From NCBI RefSeq assembly GCF_018350175.1, contig NC_058383.1, positions 11,472,001-11,536,000 on the forward strand: DNA of 64,000 nt, written 5' to 3'. The notes below the pieces were generated by a model. That model was not told the origin of the DNA. It ran no database searches and saw nothing but the letters and a program-made list of their open reading frames with translations. This document shows, one piece after another, positions 9,713-22,421 of this stretch. Source of the DNA: Felis catus (lineage: Eukaryota). Both the position numbers and the translations under genes were made by a program. The stretch's first letter is position 1. Each line of letters starts with the position of its first letter.

Positions 9713-12700
9713 AGTCCGGCCGTGACTGCCCGTTGTCAGCACCGCTGGCTGGGAGGACGCTTCGCCCATTACGTCCCCACCAGCCCTCGGTGGGGTCGAG
9801 GCTTTGTTGCAGCTTTGCTTGGGAAGCAGTAAGTGCTTAATAGGCACTAGCATTTATTAAGCCCTTACGGGGAACCCTGTGTATTCTTAACCGGTTTCCA
9901 CGATGAAGGCGTCTAATCCTCGGGTCAGCTCCGAGCTAGATGTGGCTTCTATCCCCATCTTACGGAAATGGGCTCGCTCGAGAGGAAGTGTGAGGCAAGA
10001 GTTCTGTGCTTTGGTCCACCAGCCTGACGGGTTGATCCTGGGTGTCGAGTGGAGGCAGGACAGGCGAGAGGACACTGCTTTCTGGGTGGGCGTGGTCAGG
10101 GCAGAAGCACCGAGGCGTTCACAGGTGTCGTCTACAAAGCCAGGCAGCTTGCGTAGACTTTCTTTTGTAGAGACCTGTTTCACTTCTGCCTTGTGGTCCG
10201 ATATGGAACAGAGGGCGCAGGCTACAACAGACTTAGAGCCCTTCCCCACTCGTGCAGGAGGGTTTTGGAACCCCCGCTCTGTCTCTGTGGTCCGAGCTCT
10301 CAGCTATAAGGCTGTGCCACTCCGTAGGCTCCTTCAGGAGAATCCAAGGGTGTCTGTCCATCCCACTTCCAGCTCTTCCAGAGGGTGTCACTGAGGGTCC
10401 TCGGTTCCTGAGACGAGCTTCACCAAGGCAGTCAGGTCACTAACGGCCACAGCCGGCCCCGGGATGGGACTCGGAAAGCAGACGTGGTGTTCAGTCGCTT
10501 CCTTTTCCTAAAGTCCCGCTTCTGTGCCTCATATTCTAGTTCTGCAAAGAGTCGGGGCCTTCTCGTAGCTGCCTGCTGGATTCCGATCACTGATATCCCT
10601 TCTTTCCTGGAAAAGAGGTGAGAGGAAGGAGGTATCTTATTACCTGGACGTTGAAGGGGTCTCCTGACGGACAGGACGAGTACCCACAAGACTGAGGGTC
10701 TCACCCAGTGGCACTGGACACTAGATGGGACCATGCCCCCACTGGATGGGATGCTCTAGTACCCGAGCCTTTGGGTGCCCAAGCTGAAGCTTATCATTGA
10801 CTTGGACACCATGCCTGAAGCCCCAGGGGCTCCCTTGGGACCAGCCTCTCGGGCTAGATGACCTTTGCCACTTCTGGTCCCACCCTCCATGCTGCCCACT
10901 GGTTTCATACCTACCTGGCTTCTCGTTCCACTCCTTCCTATGTCGGTGGCCTTTGAATGTTATCTCATGTCTCTTTACTGGTCGGAGTTCAGTCTGGGAA
11001 GCAGAACTAGATATATTTGGACGAAGGGGTATAATATAGGAATTAGACTTTAGGTCTTGCAGATGTGCTGCAAGATCGGAGAAGTCACTAGCTGGCTTTC
11101 TGAAGCCCCGGTGATGAGGAGGCCAGGCAAAGCCAGCTCCCGAAACGGGACGAGGGGAGCTCGTACAGAGGCTTACAGGAAGCTGCTGCCTCCGTGGGTC
11201 TGCAGCCAAACATCCGGTGGCGGGCAGGGCCACTGTTGGCCAGCAGGGTCAGCGCGTTGGCAGGAGAGGTGGAATTCAGTTCCTGCTGGGATGGAGGAAA
11301 GGAAGAACAAGCTAGAACCCGTCGGGCACCTCTGTTTCTGTGTGTCGCCATACCTGCCCTTGAACTCCTTCATCGCTTAAGTTCTGTCCCTGTCAGTCTG
11401 GCACAATTTCCCCTCGTGGCCATCTCTAACTCAGAGCCTGGAGGGAAGGGACTTATGGAAAACAGAATCCACACGGTTGACGACAGAACGATCCAGCAAA
11501 CTCTCTGAGTATGATTTCCAACTCTGTGAGGTAGAGGTCACAACACAGGGTTGTTGTTGTTGTGATGGGGATGTTGTTTTGTGGGTTGCTTTGTGGTTGA
11601 AATGGGTTGTTTTGTGGATGAAATGAGATAATACACGTAGGGCACGCAACCACAACAGCCACCGTGCATGTACGTTCTGGGTGAGATTTCTCTGCCCGCC
11701 GTCTCCCTGGATTGCCCCATCCAAGGATATGTTCGCAAAGGGCAAATCTTTACAGGACAACTTATCTGCCTGAGTCTTTTTTTAAAAAAAGATACTCACC
11801 CAAAAGAAACCTTGTTTCTGAGGTTTTTCCCTGCCTCTCTTTTCCCTTCTCCCGAGGCTCAAGTGTTCTCTTGCTACCAAGCAGAGCAGAAATGATGGCG
11901 TCCACAGCAGATGAGGACATGGGAAACCGGGGGAAGAAAAGTGAAGGCGGAAAGGGCATGGGGACTGCCAGGCACGGAAGGTCCTCTCTGCTGGTCAAGT
12001 TGTGGCCATCTGAAGCACCTTGCACCTTGCACGTAGGAGTGTGGTCTCTTTTGTGCAGAGGATGGGGCCTGGGGACGAGTTAACTGGAGTGGGGAGCTCC
12101 AGTCCCTCGCGGCGCACGGACTCCGCATGAGTTGGATGCCGTCGCTGTAGATGAACCTCATTGATCTTTCTACCAAGTGCACGCATGTGTGTTTGCCTGG
12201 CTGAGGGAGGCTCCCTCCCCACACCCCCTCTCGATCCCGCCCTCCAGCCCGGATCACCAATAGATGTTGGGCATCAGACACCTGATTCTTCCACTCTGGA
12301 AGATGAGACGGACAGAGCTTCCACAGAGCACCCGGCCATCTGACGGTAATGCCATCTGACAGTGGATTCTCCAAGGGGGTGATCGCCGGTCCTTGGGTGA
12401 CATTTACTGTCTGATCACTGTCTTAGGTTCTTTGTATATGTGGAGTACGGTTCCTGACACAGAATAGATGTTTGACAGATAATGGCTAGTGACCTTCCGA
12501 CCGGTCCCTTTGCTGAGGCAATGAAGGGCCATCAATATCCGACAGATACAGGATGGGATGTTGTGGCGAGCCTTGGGCCTGGCAGAGGAAATATATTTGG
12601 GATAATACAGCAATAGCCACTGGTGTATTTTCACTGTCATATTCTAATAGCATTTACCAGGAATGGGAGGTTTTCTTAGCTCCCAAGGCAACGTGAACAC

Positions 12701-12907
12701 TCCTTGGCAAGTTAAAAGGCCTTTGAGAGGTAGGCAGGTCTCCACTTAACGCAGGTAATAGCTTTCAGTCTGAAGTATTTCAAGGGTTTGGGGCCATCTC
12801 AGAGAAGTTCTTGAAGATGTGTCACACAAAGGGAATCTTTCATAAAGTCTCACAGATCCTCTGGGCTTTCAATGGGATTCAAGAGGCTGAAAGATGAATA
12901 TCGTGGG

Positions 12908-12919
12908 GTGTGTGTGTGT

Positions 12920-12961
<42 letters not shown>

Positions 12962-13007
12962 CAGAGAGAGAGACAGAGACAGAGATAGAGAGAGAGACAG
13001 AGAGAGA
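12908..13007. repeat. Compound microsatellite (TG)n followed by (GA)n/(GACA)
   Basis: directly visible. Confidence 0.97.
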
Positions 13008-14559
13008 TCCTGGCTGTTCCTAAAAGTTTGGGTGTCACTGAGGCAAATTGAAATAAAAACAACAACAAAAAGAAGTCTAGAGCTTCCTTCTTTCCTAGAC
13101 AAACTCGGATCCGAATGAGGAATGTTGATAAATGTGCCAAGATCTCTAGCACACATCTCTTTTAAATACTATAGGTTTGGAACCCAGGCAGATACAGCCA
13201 GAATCATGGTTTTATGTCAAAGGTTAATGCAAAATGGAATTCAGAGGAAGAACGTTACCATCATTTCTGCAGGAGCAAGGATTTTGATTCTAGAGGATTC
13301 TCCCTCCAACTTGTTGTCTTTGTTCATGCCTCCATTTTGTTCATTACACACTCGAGCACCGGGTAGCCTTTTCTGCTGGCATCTATCTGCCTCTAATAAC
13401 TCGAGAATGTATAAAAATCAAGCACTGTCCTCGAGGAGAATCCAGGCCACTGAAGAAGGCAGGTACATGTCCCATTCTCTTGAGGCTAATGTTCAGCCAT
13501 TTGTAGCCAAATGGACTTGGGGTTGGAAGACAGCTGTTTACAGAATGTCTTCCTTGGGTGGCCCTAACCTGTGTACAGAGACATATAAATAAGACTGAAG
13601 ACGTAGTCTGTTTCCTAGGAGCCAAAGGGTTGGATGAGGGGGTGGGACTCTGTATTTTACGGAGTGTTGGAGGGAGGAACCATCTGGAAATGCACCTGAA
13701 GACAACAAGTTACGTCCTACGGGACATGAGTGACATCTTGAGACTGAGCATCATGCCTGACCCAGAAGCAAAAAGTCATGCTAAGCCGGCTTGTCAGGCG
13801 GAAGGATGGGGGGAAGGCAGACTTGTAGAATGGAGGTATTATAACCCCAACTGGATGGAAAGAAAGACAGTACTTTGTTCTCCTCATAAAAGTGACATTC
13901 GTGTGGTTGAAAAAGTGGTTTCGGAGGCTATAAAAGGAAGAGTGTACAGAAATGAAAAGTGAACATCTTTCCCACCTCCGTTTTTTAGGCTCAGACCTCC
14001 GACCCGACTGTAGCTTTTCGTTTTTCTGTTGGTTTCCACCATCAGCCTGAATCAAATACTCTGCAAGAATTTTTGATCCATACATGTAGATGGTTGATAT
14101 TGCGGCCCTGTCCTTCGTTTCCCCTCACATCACTTCAGCATTTGTGGGTGTATAAGACCTACATCCTCTTCTGAAACCACAGAAAAGTCTTCTAGGCTTG
14201 GACTGCAGGCTGATTACAAAAACTGGGAACTCACGGGCAACATTTGCAGTTGATAAAAAGCCCAAATCAACCTGAAACAGGAAATGAAGGCGGCCGGGTC
14301 TAATCTGATTCTGAGGTCTGAGGATTTGTGCAGTGCCCAACAGGTGCACACATACCGGGAGGGAGTTACTGTGGTTTATTTAAGAAAGGTATAAAAATAT
14401 CAATTTTTTCTTTCAAATTATATGTCTTATTTCTTTCTCAGGTGGCTACTAAATTGTTAGGACATAAATACTTAATAAGTTATCTGGGCTTAACCGAACG
14501 GGACTCTCGGGTATTCCTTTTGGACTAGGGATGCTGTCGAAACAATTACGAGGTCACGG

Positions 14560-14800
14560 AGATGGACATGAACTGAGAACGTTTGGGAGCCTTTCATAGA
14601 GCCTCTGTTCTAGAACATGCCCTCTGGCTACCGTGTGGAGAACAGCTGAGAGGGGCATAAAAGTGGAGGCGGTGGGGTGAGTTGGATGTAGACCCAGTAA
14701 AACACAACCAGGGCATGACTGGGGGAGGAGAGACACGGATGAACTGAAGACACCTTGTCAGGAGAGAGATGACGGTGTTTGCTGCTGGAGGAGGTGAGCT
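14560..14800 (-). mobile_element. L2 LINE fragment
   Basis: ctctggctaccgtgtggagaacag...ggaggcgg...ggagagacacggatgaactgaaga, antisense L2 pattern. Confidence 0.45.
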
Positions 14801-14819
14801 TGGAGAGCCTGGGAGGGGC

Positions 14820-15161
14820 CGATGCCATTTGCCCTGGTCATCTGAAGGTTTCACTGGCTCTTAGCAGGGGACCTCAGCGCCTTGCCGTCTGTTGAACAGA
14901 GGCCTCGATTCCTAGCCGCGTGCATCTCTCGCACAACTGCTTCCGTGTCCTCGTGACATGGCCACTGCTGTCTTCCACAGCGGCCAGTTCCAAGAGAGAG
15001 CAAAGCTGAAGCCACAGTGCCTTTTAGGACCTGGCCTAGGAAGTGACACGCTGTTGTGTCCCACAAACCGGTCCTGATACGGTGTGGGCGGGAACTGTCC
15101 AAAGTCATGACCATCAGGAGTTAGGGGTCATTGAGGGCCACGTTGGAATCTGCTTTTCATA
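14820..15161 (-). mobile_element. MaLR LTR (MLT1F/H-like)
   Basis: gtgtcctcgtgacatgg...ccaagagagagcaaagctgaagccacagtgccttttaggacctggcctaggaagt...ggtcattgagggcca. Confidence 0.7.
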
Positions 15162-15240
15162 CCTGCATTGCGAGTTACATTGCCATTAGTTTTGTCATGG
15201 GCAGGCTGCAGTTTTTAGAGAGGTGACTACCTGGGGGAAC

Positions 15241-15765
15241 TGTATTAGTCAGGGTTCCCCAGGGAAACAGACCCTAATGCATGTATGTATATTTGTATGT
15301 ATCTCTAACTCCATAAAGAGGTTCGTGCTAAGGAATTGGCTCAGGTCATTAGGGAGGCTGACGAGTCCCAACATCTGCAGGGTTAGTAGGGGAACCAAAA
15401 CCCCAGGAGGGCCGGTGGTATAATGCCAGTCTGAAGGATGGCAGGCTCGAGTCCCAAGCAGGGTTGATACTTGTTCCATTCAAGTTCAAAATCAGGAAGA
15501 AGCCAATGTCCCAGTTCAAAGGCACTCAGGCAGGGGAAATGCTTTTCTCTTGGGGGCAGGTCAGCCTTACTGGTCTAGGGAGGCCTTCAACTGATTGGAC
15601 GAGGCCCACCCACATTAGGAAGAGCGATCTGCTAAACTCAGTCCAATGATTTCAATGTTAATCTCACCCCCAAACACCCTCTCAGAAACACCCAGAATAA
15701 CATGCGGCAAAAGAGCTTTGTACCCTGTGGCCCAGTCAAGTTGATGCCCCAAATCAATCATCTTA
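15241..15765 (-). mobile_element. ERVL LTR (MLT2B-like), near complete solo LTR
   Basis: tgtattagtcagggttc...aggccttcaactgattggacgaggcccacccacatt...gtggcccagtcaagttga. Confidence 0.88.
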
Positions 15766-15977
15766 CTCACCCAAGTGAATTTTGCTGTCAGCACCAGGAA
15801 TATTCATCTTTCCTGCTGTGGTTTCTCCCAGGATCTCAGAGGTGTCCGTGCAGATATGGGGAGAACCTGTAGGCCCACCTTCAAGGCACTGAGGCCCTGA
15901 ACTGGAAAGGTCGTGTTTCTAAGGAATCTTAGACCACCTGGCTAGTGCTTTTGGATGCTTCTGGAACCATCCAGAGG

Positions 15978-16138
15978 AGGGGTGCTCCCGCTTGAGTGCA
16001 CATTGGAATCTCCTGGAGAGCTTTAAAAAATACTGCAGCTCATGTCCTATTCCCAGTGATTCTAGAATGATTGGTCTGGGGAGTGGTTTGGGCAGTGGGA
16101 TTTTTCAAAGCTCTCCAAAGCCTGAGAGAGAACCACTC
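15978..16138. mobile_element. hAT-Charlie MITE (MER5A-like)
   Basis: cattggaatctcctggagagcttt...attggtctggggagtgg...gggatttttcaaagctctcca...gagaaccact. Confidence 0.7.
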
Positions 16139-17139
16139 AGAGCCTCTTCCTTCTGTGGGCAAGAGGCCATGTCCACGGCATCTCCCATCACCTGCAGGGC
16201 ACTGCCAGCTCCCGGGATCTAGGTATTTGAGTCTCCAGCTGAGCACCTGGCCCCTTTGACAAGTTCCCTTTCAGTTCTTGCATTGTACTTTGTTTGGAAA
16301 GGCCGCCAGTTGAGCACAGAACATAAATCAGAATCTGTTCCTCCTCGTACTCAAGTTTCATTATTTTTTTTTTCTCCTTAGCTTGAAAGAAATCGGTTCT
16401 CCATCACTTTTAGACGACAGTGACTCAGTGAAATGCAATCTTGACTAAAGCAAAATTGCTTAATTAGACAATAATATTAGAGAAATTGACCATTATGTCT
16501 GGTTATTGACTTTTCAGATGGCCTGTATTACCATTTATATTCTTTCCAGTTGGGTTTTTAAGCATGAAAATAATTTATTGAGAGATTGTTCTTAGAAGCT
16601 ATTTTTAATAGCCTAATGGCTTTTTAATTTTCGAATCATTTATATTCATCAGCCGGAGCCAAGAAGGGAGTCAGATTGACTCATACTGCACAACCGTTCT
16701 CTTCAGTCATTAACTGTTTATACTTGGATATCAAGCCATGGAGCACAGGACGTCAGAAGGGGCACATCATGAGGCAAATGGATTTTGGGCTGTAGCCATA
16801 AAAATAATATTTAGAAAGTTACTGGTTATTGATCGACTACTCTGTGCCAGGCACTTAATGTAGGTTTTTAAAAATCCTCTTGATGATCCCAAAACACAGA
16901 TATCAATGATCGTTCTTTAGTAGACTGAGAGATGAGGGCTCAGGTACGGAGAACGTCATCATTGCCAACATGTCGGATGCACATTGACAGATAGGTCTTG
17001 TGTCCCCGGGATACCGTGTCTCCACATAACTTTTAATGGTATTCTTCACTCTCCGGATTACCCCAATCTGGGCAATACATTAAATTTCCACTCTGCTTAT
17101 GGGCCACGGGCCTGGGGCCAGGACCCAAACTTCACACGC

Positions 17140-17300
17140 ACTGTGGCCCTACAACCATCAAAACAGTCAATGGTTTCTCCCACTGTCCTTAGAGTTGATC
17201 AAGCTGAGGCACCGAGAGGTCAGGGGTAAGGACAAGTTACTCGCAAAGTTCACAGAGCTGGTTAGTGATGGAGCCAGGCGTTGAGCCCAGGCAGCCGCAC
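17140..17300 (-). mobile_element. MIR fragment
   Basis: aagctgaggcaccgagaggt...aagttcacagagctggttagtgatggagcc. Confidence 0.6.
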
Positions 17301-18678
17301 TCCTACCCCGTTCTCCTTCTGTTCTGCAAAGCCGAACGGCAGTCGATATCACGATTTCAAAAATGCAGACCAAGGAGAAGGTTCCGCGAGACTGGTTATT
17401 GGGTGAAAATAGCAACAACACTATTATAACACAGGAACATTGAATTGTTTTGTTGTGGTGGAACTTTGTTATATGAATAAGCTGCAGGAAATCGCATTTT
17501 CTGTTGTCAGGATCTGTCGAGGAAACACCGACTCTATATTGAATTAGCAAGAATAACTCGGGCTTTGAAAGCCATGGGGCAGCTGGACAAGACGCGCATA
17601 AATTTCCTACTTCCTCCAAGCTTAATTAGACCAACTGAATGATTGCCAACAACCACAACTCAGACTGCCTTCAGACAAATGTAGCATCTGAAATCATGGC
17701 TGAGGTTTCTGGATGCTGCCCGCGGTCACCCACGACTAGAGCAATGTAGAGGAAGAAGGGGTCCGGTGAAGCGTGTTTGGTTGAGGGGACCATCTGGTGA
17801 GGGGGAGCAGGAGCCACATCCTCCAAGGGAAGCTTGGGGAACTTGTGGCTGTCAGGTCAGAAGAGAAGACCAAGGGCAAGGGGCCGAGAGCGTATGCTTG
17901 GGAGTTGGAAGGCATATAACACGAGACTTGTTCTGTGTGTCTTCGGGGCTCTGATAGAGGGGAAAGGGTAGCACAGGGAACAGCATCACCTCCATCTCTG
18001 CAGATGTATATGGCAGCCTCGGGATGGCTTCTGGAGGAGGGGATAGAGGGGCATCTAGCTGGATCGAGTGACATCTCATTTAGCTATCTCACCTGGTAAC
18101 GTGATGGCGGCACCCCTCACCACCAGGCAGTGTGAACGTTCACAGAAGACTCAGACGTTGAGCTGGGGTCTCCAGCCAGCCCCTTGAGTCTTAGAGAAGA
18201 GGCCCAGATCCCCATTTGTCCCCCATGGCTGTATGACATCCTTGGTAAGACCCATGCAAATTCCCAGAGGGCTTGCACTGTCATGCCCTTCTTGGGCTGT
18301 GAGGCCCTCTCCCTTGACGTAGTGGTTGGACCACCTTGTTGGCTGTGTTGCTATCTCTGTTCTACATGTAATTAGCCTGAGCCAATGGTTGTTTAAACAG
18401 AGATCACCTTCTCTTTGCAGAATGAGTTTGTGTGTGTATTTTGGTGAAGGAAGGGCCAAGCATGTGTTAGTAGATTTCAGAAGTCTTTCTTCTTTCTGCA
18501 AAACAACCTCTAATTGAACATCAGTCATCTCTCATTCCTGAAATGTCTTTTGACAGCTCATCGTGAGGGAACTTCGTCTAACCTTTGATCATACATCACT
18601 CCCTATTTTGCCCTTTTTCCCCTCTCTTCTTCATTCTTTCTGGGAGCAAATTTCCTTTTTTTTAAAAGAAAATTTTTA

Positions 18679-18900
18679 GGGGCGCCTGGGTGGCTCAGTC
18701 GGTTAGGCGTCCGACTTCAGCTTAGGTCGTGATCTTGCGATCTCACAGTCAGTGAGTTCGAGCCCCGCGTCAGGCTCTGGGCTGATGGCTCAGAGCCTGG
18801 AGCCTGCTTCCGATTCCGTGTCTCCCTCTCTCTCTGCTCCTCCCCCGTTCATGCTCTGTCTCTCTCTCTGTCTCAAAAATAAATAAAACGTTAAAAAAAA
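18679..18900 (+). mobile_element. SINEC_Fc, inserted into the tail of the adjacent minus-strand SINE
   Basis: ggggcgcctgggtggctcagtcgg...tctcaaaaataaataaaacgttaaaa. Confidence 0.97.
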
Positions 18901-18909
18901 TTAAAAAAA

Positions 18910-19134
18910 TTTTTTTAATGTTTTTAATTTGTTTTTGAGACAGAAAGAAACAGAGCATGAGCAGGGAAGGGGCAGAGAGAGAGAGAGAGAGAGAGGGAGA
19001 CACAGAATCCAAAGCAGGCTCCAGGCTCCGAGCTGTCAGCGCAGAGCCCTACGCGGGGCTTGAACTCACGGACTGTGAGATCATGACCTGAGCTGAAGTT
19101 GGACGCTTAACCGACTGAGCCACCCAGGTGCTCC
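18910..19134 (-). mobile_element. SINEC_Fc2-like
   Basis: full antisense SINE; exact 16-bp TSD tctgggagcaaatttc at 18639-18654 and 19135-19150 brackets both SINEs. Confidence 0.97.
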
Positions 19135-19214
19135 TCTGGGAGCAAATTTCTTAACAAGGCACTTCGGCCAGCCCCCTCCTTGCCTGATTTCCTGCTGATC
19201 TCCAGGTTCAAAGA

Positions 19215-19487
19215 CAGTGGATTTCCAACATTTTGGTCATGGCCCCCAGTTAGAAATACTTATTATACTGTGACTCAAAATACTTTTGGAATACTCAACT
19301 CTTACTACCTCTGATGCACCCGGTCTGGTATTATCTAGTCTATGCAGTGCAATGCATCCGTCCTATCTGTCCTATTTGATCACACCCCATTCCGTTTTAT
19401 TTCTAAATTTTAGTCATGACTTGAAAATGGTGCACATTGATTTCACAACCCGCTGCTGTATCAGGACTTGAAATTTTCAAAGCCCTG
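19215..19487. mobile_element. hAT-Charlie DNA transposon remnant (MER119-like)
   Basis: cagtg...ttccaa start, cagttagaaatac, ttgatttcacaacccgct, ...ccctg end. Confidence 0.55.
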
Positions 19488-19789
19488 CTCCGACCCTTTT
19501 TAACTCAAGTGATTGACCAAGTACCTTTCTGTCACTGTTTTGCATATGTGAGTCCCAGAATGCACATCTTTTTAAGCAAGTTCTTGCTTTTGAATCTCCC
19601 ACGTGAATCATCTTAGTTGCAAACACGTAGCAAGACCAAGCAGACCCAGCAGTCATCAGTGGGATGATTCGGGCCCCTCTAAACTTCACCGAAATCCGAA
19701 AGCAACAGTCTCAAGACAGGAAGGGTGGGCTAGGTGCCGTATACAGCCCCGTTAGGGGCTAAGTGATAAAGTACTCTTCAAATTCTGGT

Positions 19790-20270
19790 TCGCTCAAAAG
19801 TACTTGTTGACTGGGTTGGTACTAACCCACATGCTGGGATTCCCTATGGAAACCGGGAGCGAGACATACTCTCATCCTTGACAAAAAATGAATTTGTAGC
19901 ATATTGTGATTAGTGTCGTGCCGGAGCGTGAATGACGTAACCTGGGAACCCAGAGGGCAGGACGTGCACGGGATGCTGTGTGGATTTGGTCTTGAGGTCG
20001 GTCAAAGGGAAGGGAATTTCAGGCAGAAGGAGCAGCGTGAGGCCGTGAGACGTAAGAGTAGGGTACGTCTGTGGAATGGAGATCGGGTCGATGTGGCTGC
20101 TGGAAGGGAGGAGACACAGAGGGTAATGGGAGGTAAGAGGCTGAGGTCAGGTTGGAAAGGGTTTTGAGCTTGGCCAGGAAGCCACACAATGGATGGAAGA
20201 GGAGGATACAGATGTTGGGCCAAAGGTAGGGAGGCTCGTGGAGGGTGGCTGGTTAGGAGACCAGGGAGCT
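19790..20270 (-). mobile_element. L2 LINE fragment
   Basis: purine-rich antisense L2 pattern (gaagggaatttcaggcagaaggagcagcgtg...ggccgtgag). Confidence 0.45.
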
Positions 20271-20814
20271 CTGCTGTTCACACCTGCACCCGCTAGCCAG
20301 TGACATCAGGCATGGCTGTCTTGTGGACAGAGTCGTCAGATAGTTTCTGTGGTGGCCGGCAAGGCTGCGGCCCTCATTGATGAAACGTTGATCCGGCAAT
20401 TTCCTTAAAGGGTCTCAGCCAAGAGCACAGGCCTGTCGTCTCTGTCTGTTCTTCTGGCAGGGAGGGGATCCTGAGGGCCTGTGGGGACCATCAGGACCAG
20501 GAAGTGCCCGTGGCACTCGTCATGGCGGCCATTGTGGAGATGCTCCTGAGGATGTCTCCATCACACGAGACTGTGTCCACTCCACGTTACTACAAAAAAA
20601 ATGATCTTTTCCCTGAGTACTTGTTTTTTTCATCTTCTGGACACTGCTGACTGCTGAAGCCTCCCTGTCCACATGATTTACGACACTCATTGGCTTATCA
20701 CCATAAGTGTGGCGGCCATTTTGATGTTTTCAACCTCATACATGCTGTACCCGTCTTTTGTATTTATTACTCTCCTCCATCCCCCCCCCCCTCGGCATTA
20801 TTTTTCTATTCTAC

Positions 20815-20886
20815 TTTTTTTAAGTAAAAAAATGCCCAGTGTGGGGCTTGAACTCACGACCCTGAGATCGCGAGTTGCGTGCTCCA
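20815..20886 (-). mobile_element. Short tRNA-like carnivore SINE (SINEC_c-like), truncated
   Basis: gtggggcttgaactcacgaccctgagatcgcgagt. Confidence 0.8.
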
Positions 20887-21715
20887 AGTTTCCGAAGTTT
20901 TCTATTCCTTTAAGATGCTTTTATAGACTACTGAGAAAAAGGGTGGGCAGAAATAATAAATAGATAAGCAGCCCCCCATAGCTGATATTTCATATCTGTT
21001 TCCGTAGCTGTGAAATTAACCAAACTGTGGGCTCGTTCCTTGCAAGATGGGTAACATCCACACATAATCAGCACGTACGCAGAGAATGGCTCTGCCGCCT
21101 GGGGTGCGGAAGCCAGGACCCTCAGCCCCATTTGCCCGAGACCTGTGATGAACTCCAGTTTGGGATTTGTGAAGCTGTTTCCCTGGCCGTGACTGGAACT
21201 GCCATTCGAGTCACCATCATGCGGGGTCCATGAGCATCTCCCGGTGGGCATCCATTTTCGGGGACAGCCGTCGCCAAGCTGTCCTGCTTGGAGCACTTGT
21301 GTGTGTCCGTCGTCTTGGGGATGCCTGAGTTTTACACTCTGCTTGAGATAGGACAGGCTGAGAACGATAGACAGACGGACACACTGCCAGCCAGCCAGAG
21401 CCAACACTCTTGTCCACGGAGTTCCAAATGGCAGAAATACTGGCACCTGGAGTCCCCAAAGCAGCTGTAGAGGAATGACAGGCAGACGTCACCCTTTCAG
21501 GCTGTTTGCCTTACTCGGCTTCTAGGTGTGACCCGGGCGGAGGCAGCCAGAGGCTCAGGGATGGAGCTGTGCCCAGGGAGTGCCAGCCTCGGGACGGCCG
21601 TCTCTGAGCCGTGGACAAGACTGAAGATCTTTGCAGCTGGGGCGGCGGTGGGGGCGGGGGGCTTTCTCATGAGCACAGAGAAAGGCAGATGAAAGCAGGT
21701 TAGTGAAAGGAGAGT

Positions 21716-22421
21716 GTATTAGTTTCTGCTAGCTGCTAAAACAAATATCCAGTGAGGGGGTAGCTTCAGTAACCGGTGTTTATTCTCTCACAGTTCTGAA
21801 AGCAAGAAGTCATCAGCACGGCTACACTCCCTCCGCAGGCTCTGGGGCAGAGTCTTTCCTGGCCTCTTCCAGCTTCTGGTGGCTCCGGGCCATCCTGGGC
21901 TTGGAGGCACATCATTCCTGTCTCTGTGCCCGTAGTCACAAGGCCTCCTTATGTTCTGTGTCTGACTCGACACTCCCCAGCCTCTTTTTTTTTAAAGGAT
22001 ATGTGCAATCGCTTTAAAGGCCCACCCAGATAATCCAAGATAAATGCTTCCTCTTTAGATCCTTAACTTAATTACGTCCTTTGATACTTAAGATGATATT
22101 CACTTTGGGGGCGCCCAGGTGGCTCAGTGGGTTAAGCGTCTGACTCTTGATTTCGGCTCAGGTTCGTTCTCAAGGTTTGCGAAGAGTCCCCACGGTGGGT
22201 TCTGCACTGACAGGGAGGAGTTTGGTTCAGAGTCTCTCTTTGCCTCTCTCTCTCTGCCCCTCTGTTGCTCACTTACACTCACTCTCTCTCTTTCAAAATA
22301 AATAAACATTAAAAAAAGAGATAATATTCACCCTTTTGTTGCCGTATCAATAATATTATTCACAGGTCCTGGGGATTAGGGTATGGGTATATCTTTTTTG
22401 GGGCCATCCTTCAACCCACTA
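21716..22421 (-). mobile_element. MaLR LTR (MLT1C/D-like), complete, split by a SINE
   Basis: tgtattagtttctgctagctgct...ttattctctcacagttctg...cctcttccagcttctggtggc...ttcaacccacta. Confidence 0.85.
22107..22317 (+). mobile_element. Carnivore SINEC
   Basis: head, CT-rich tract, A-tail; TSD agatgatattcac / agataatattcac. Confidence 0.94.

Noticed and set aside
11550..11630. Imperfect ~21-bp tandem repeat (ggttg.tttgtgg.tgaaatg)
   Set aside because: Local duplication within a MIR-like fragment; no sign of function
13558..13962. 134-aa ORF with protein-like composition
   Set aside because: No recognisable family and no clear splice sites; may be a decayed ancient LINE
17497..17704. Possible exon after acceptor ttttctgttgtcag at 17510
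   Set aside because: No good downstream donor and no recognisable coding frame
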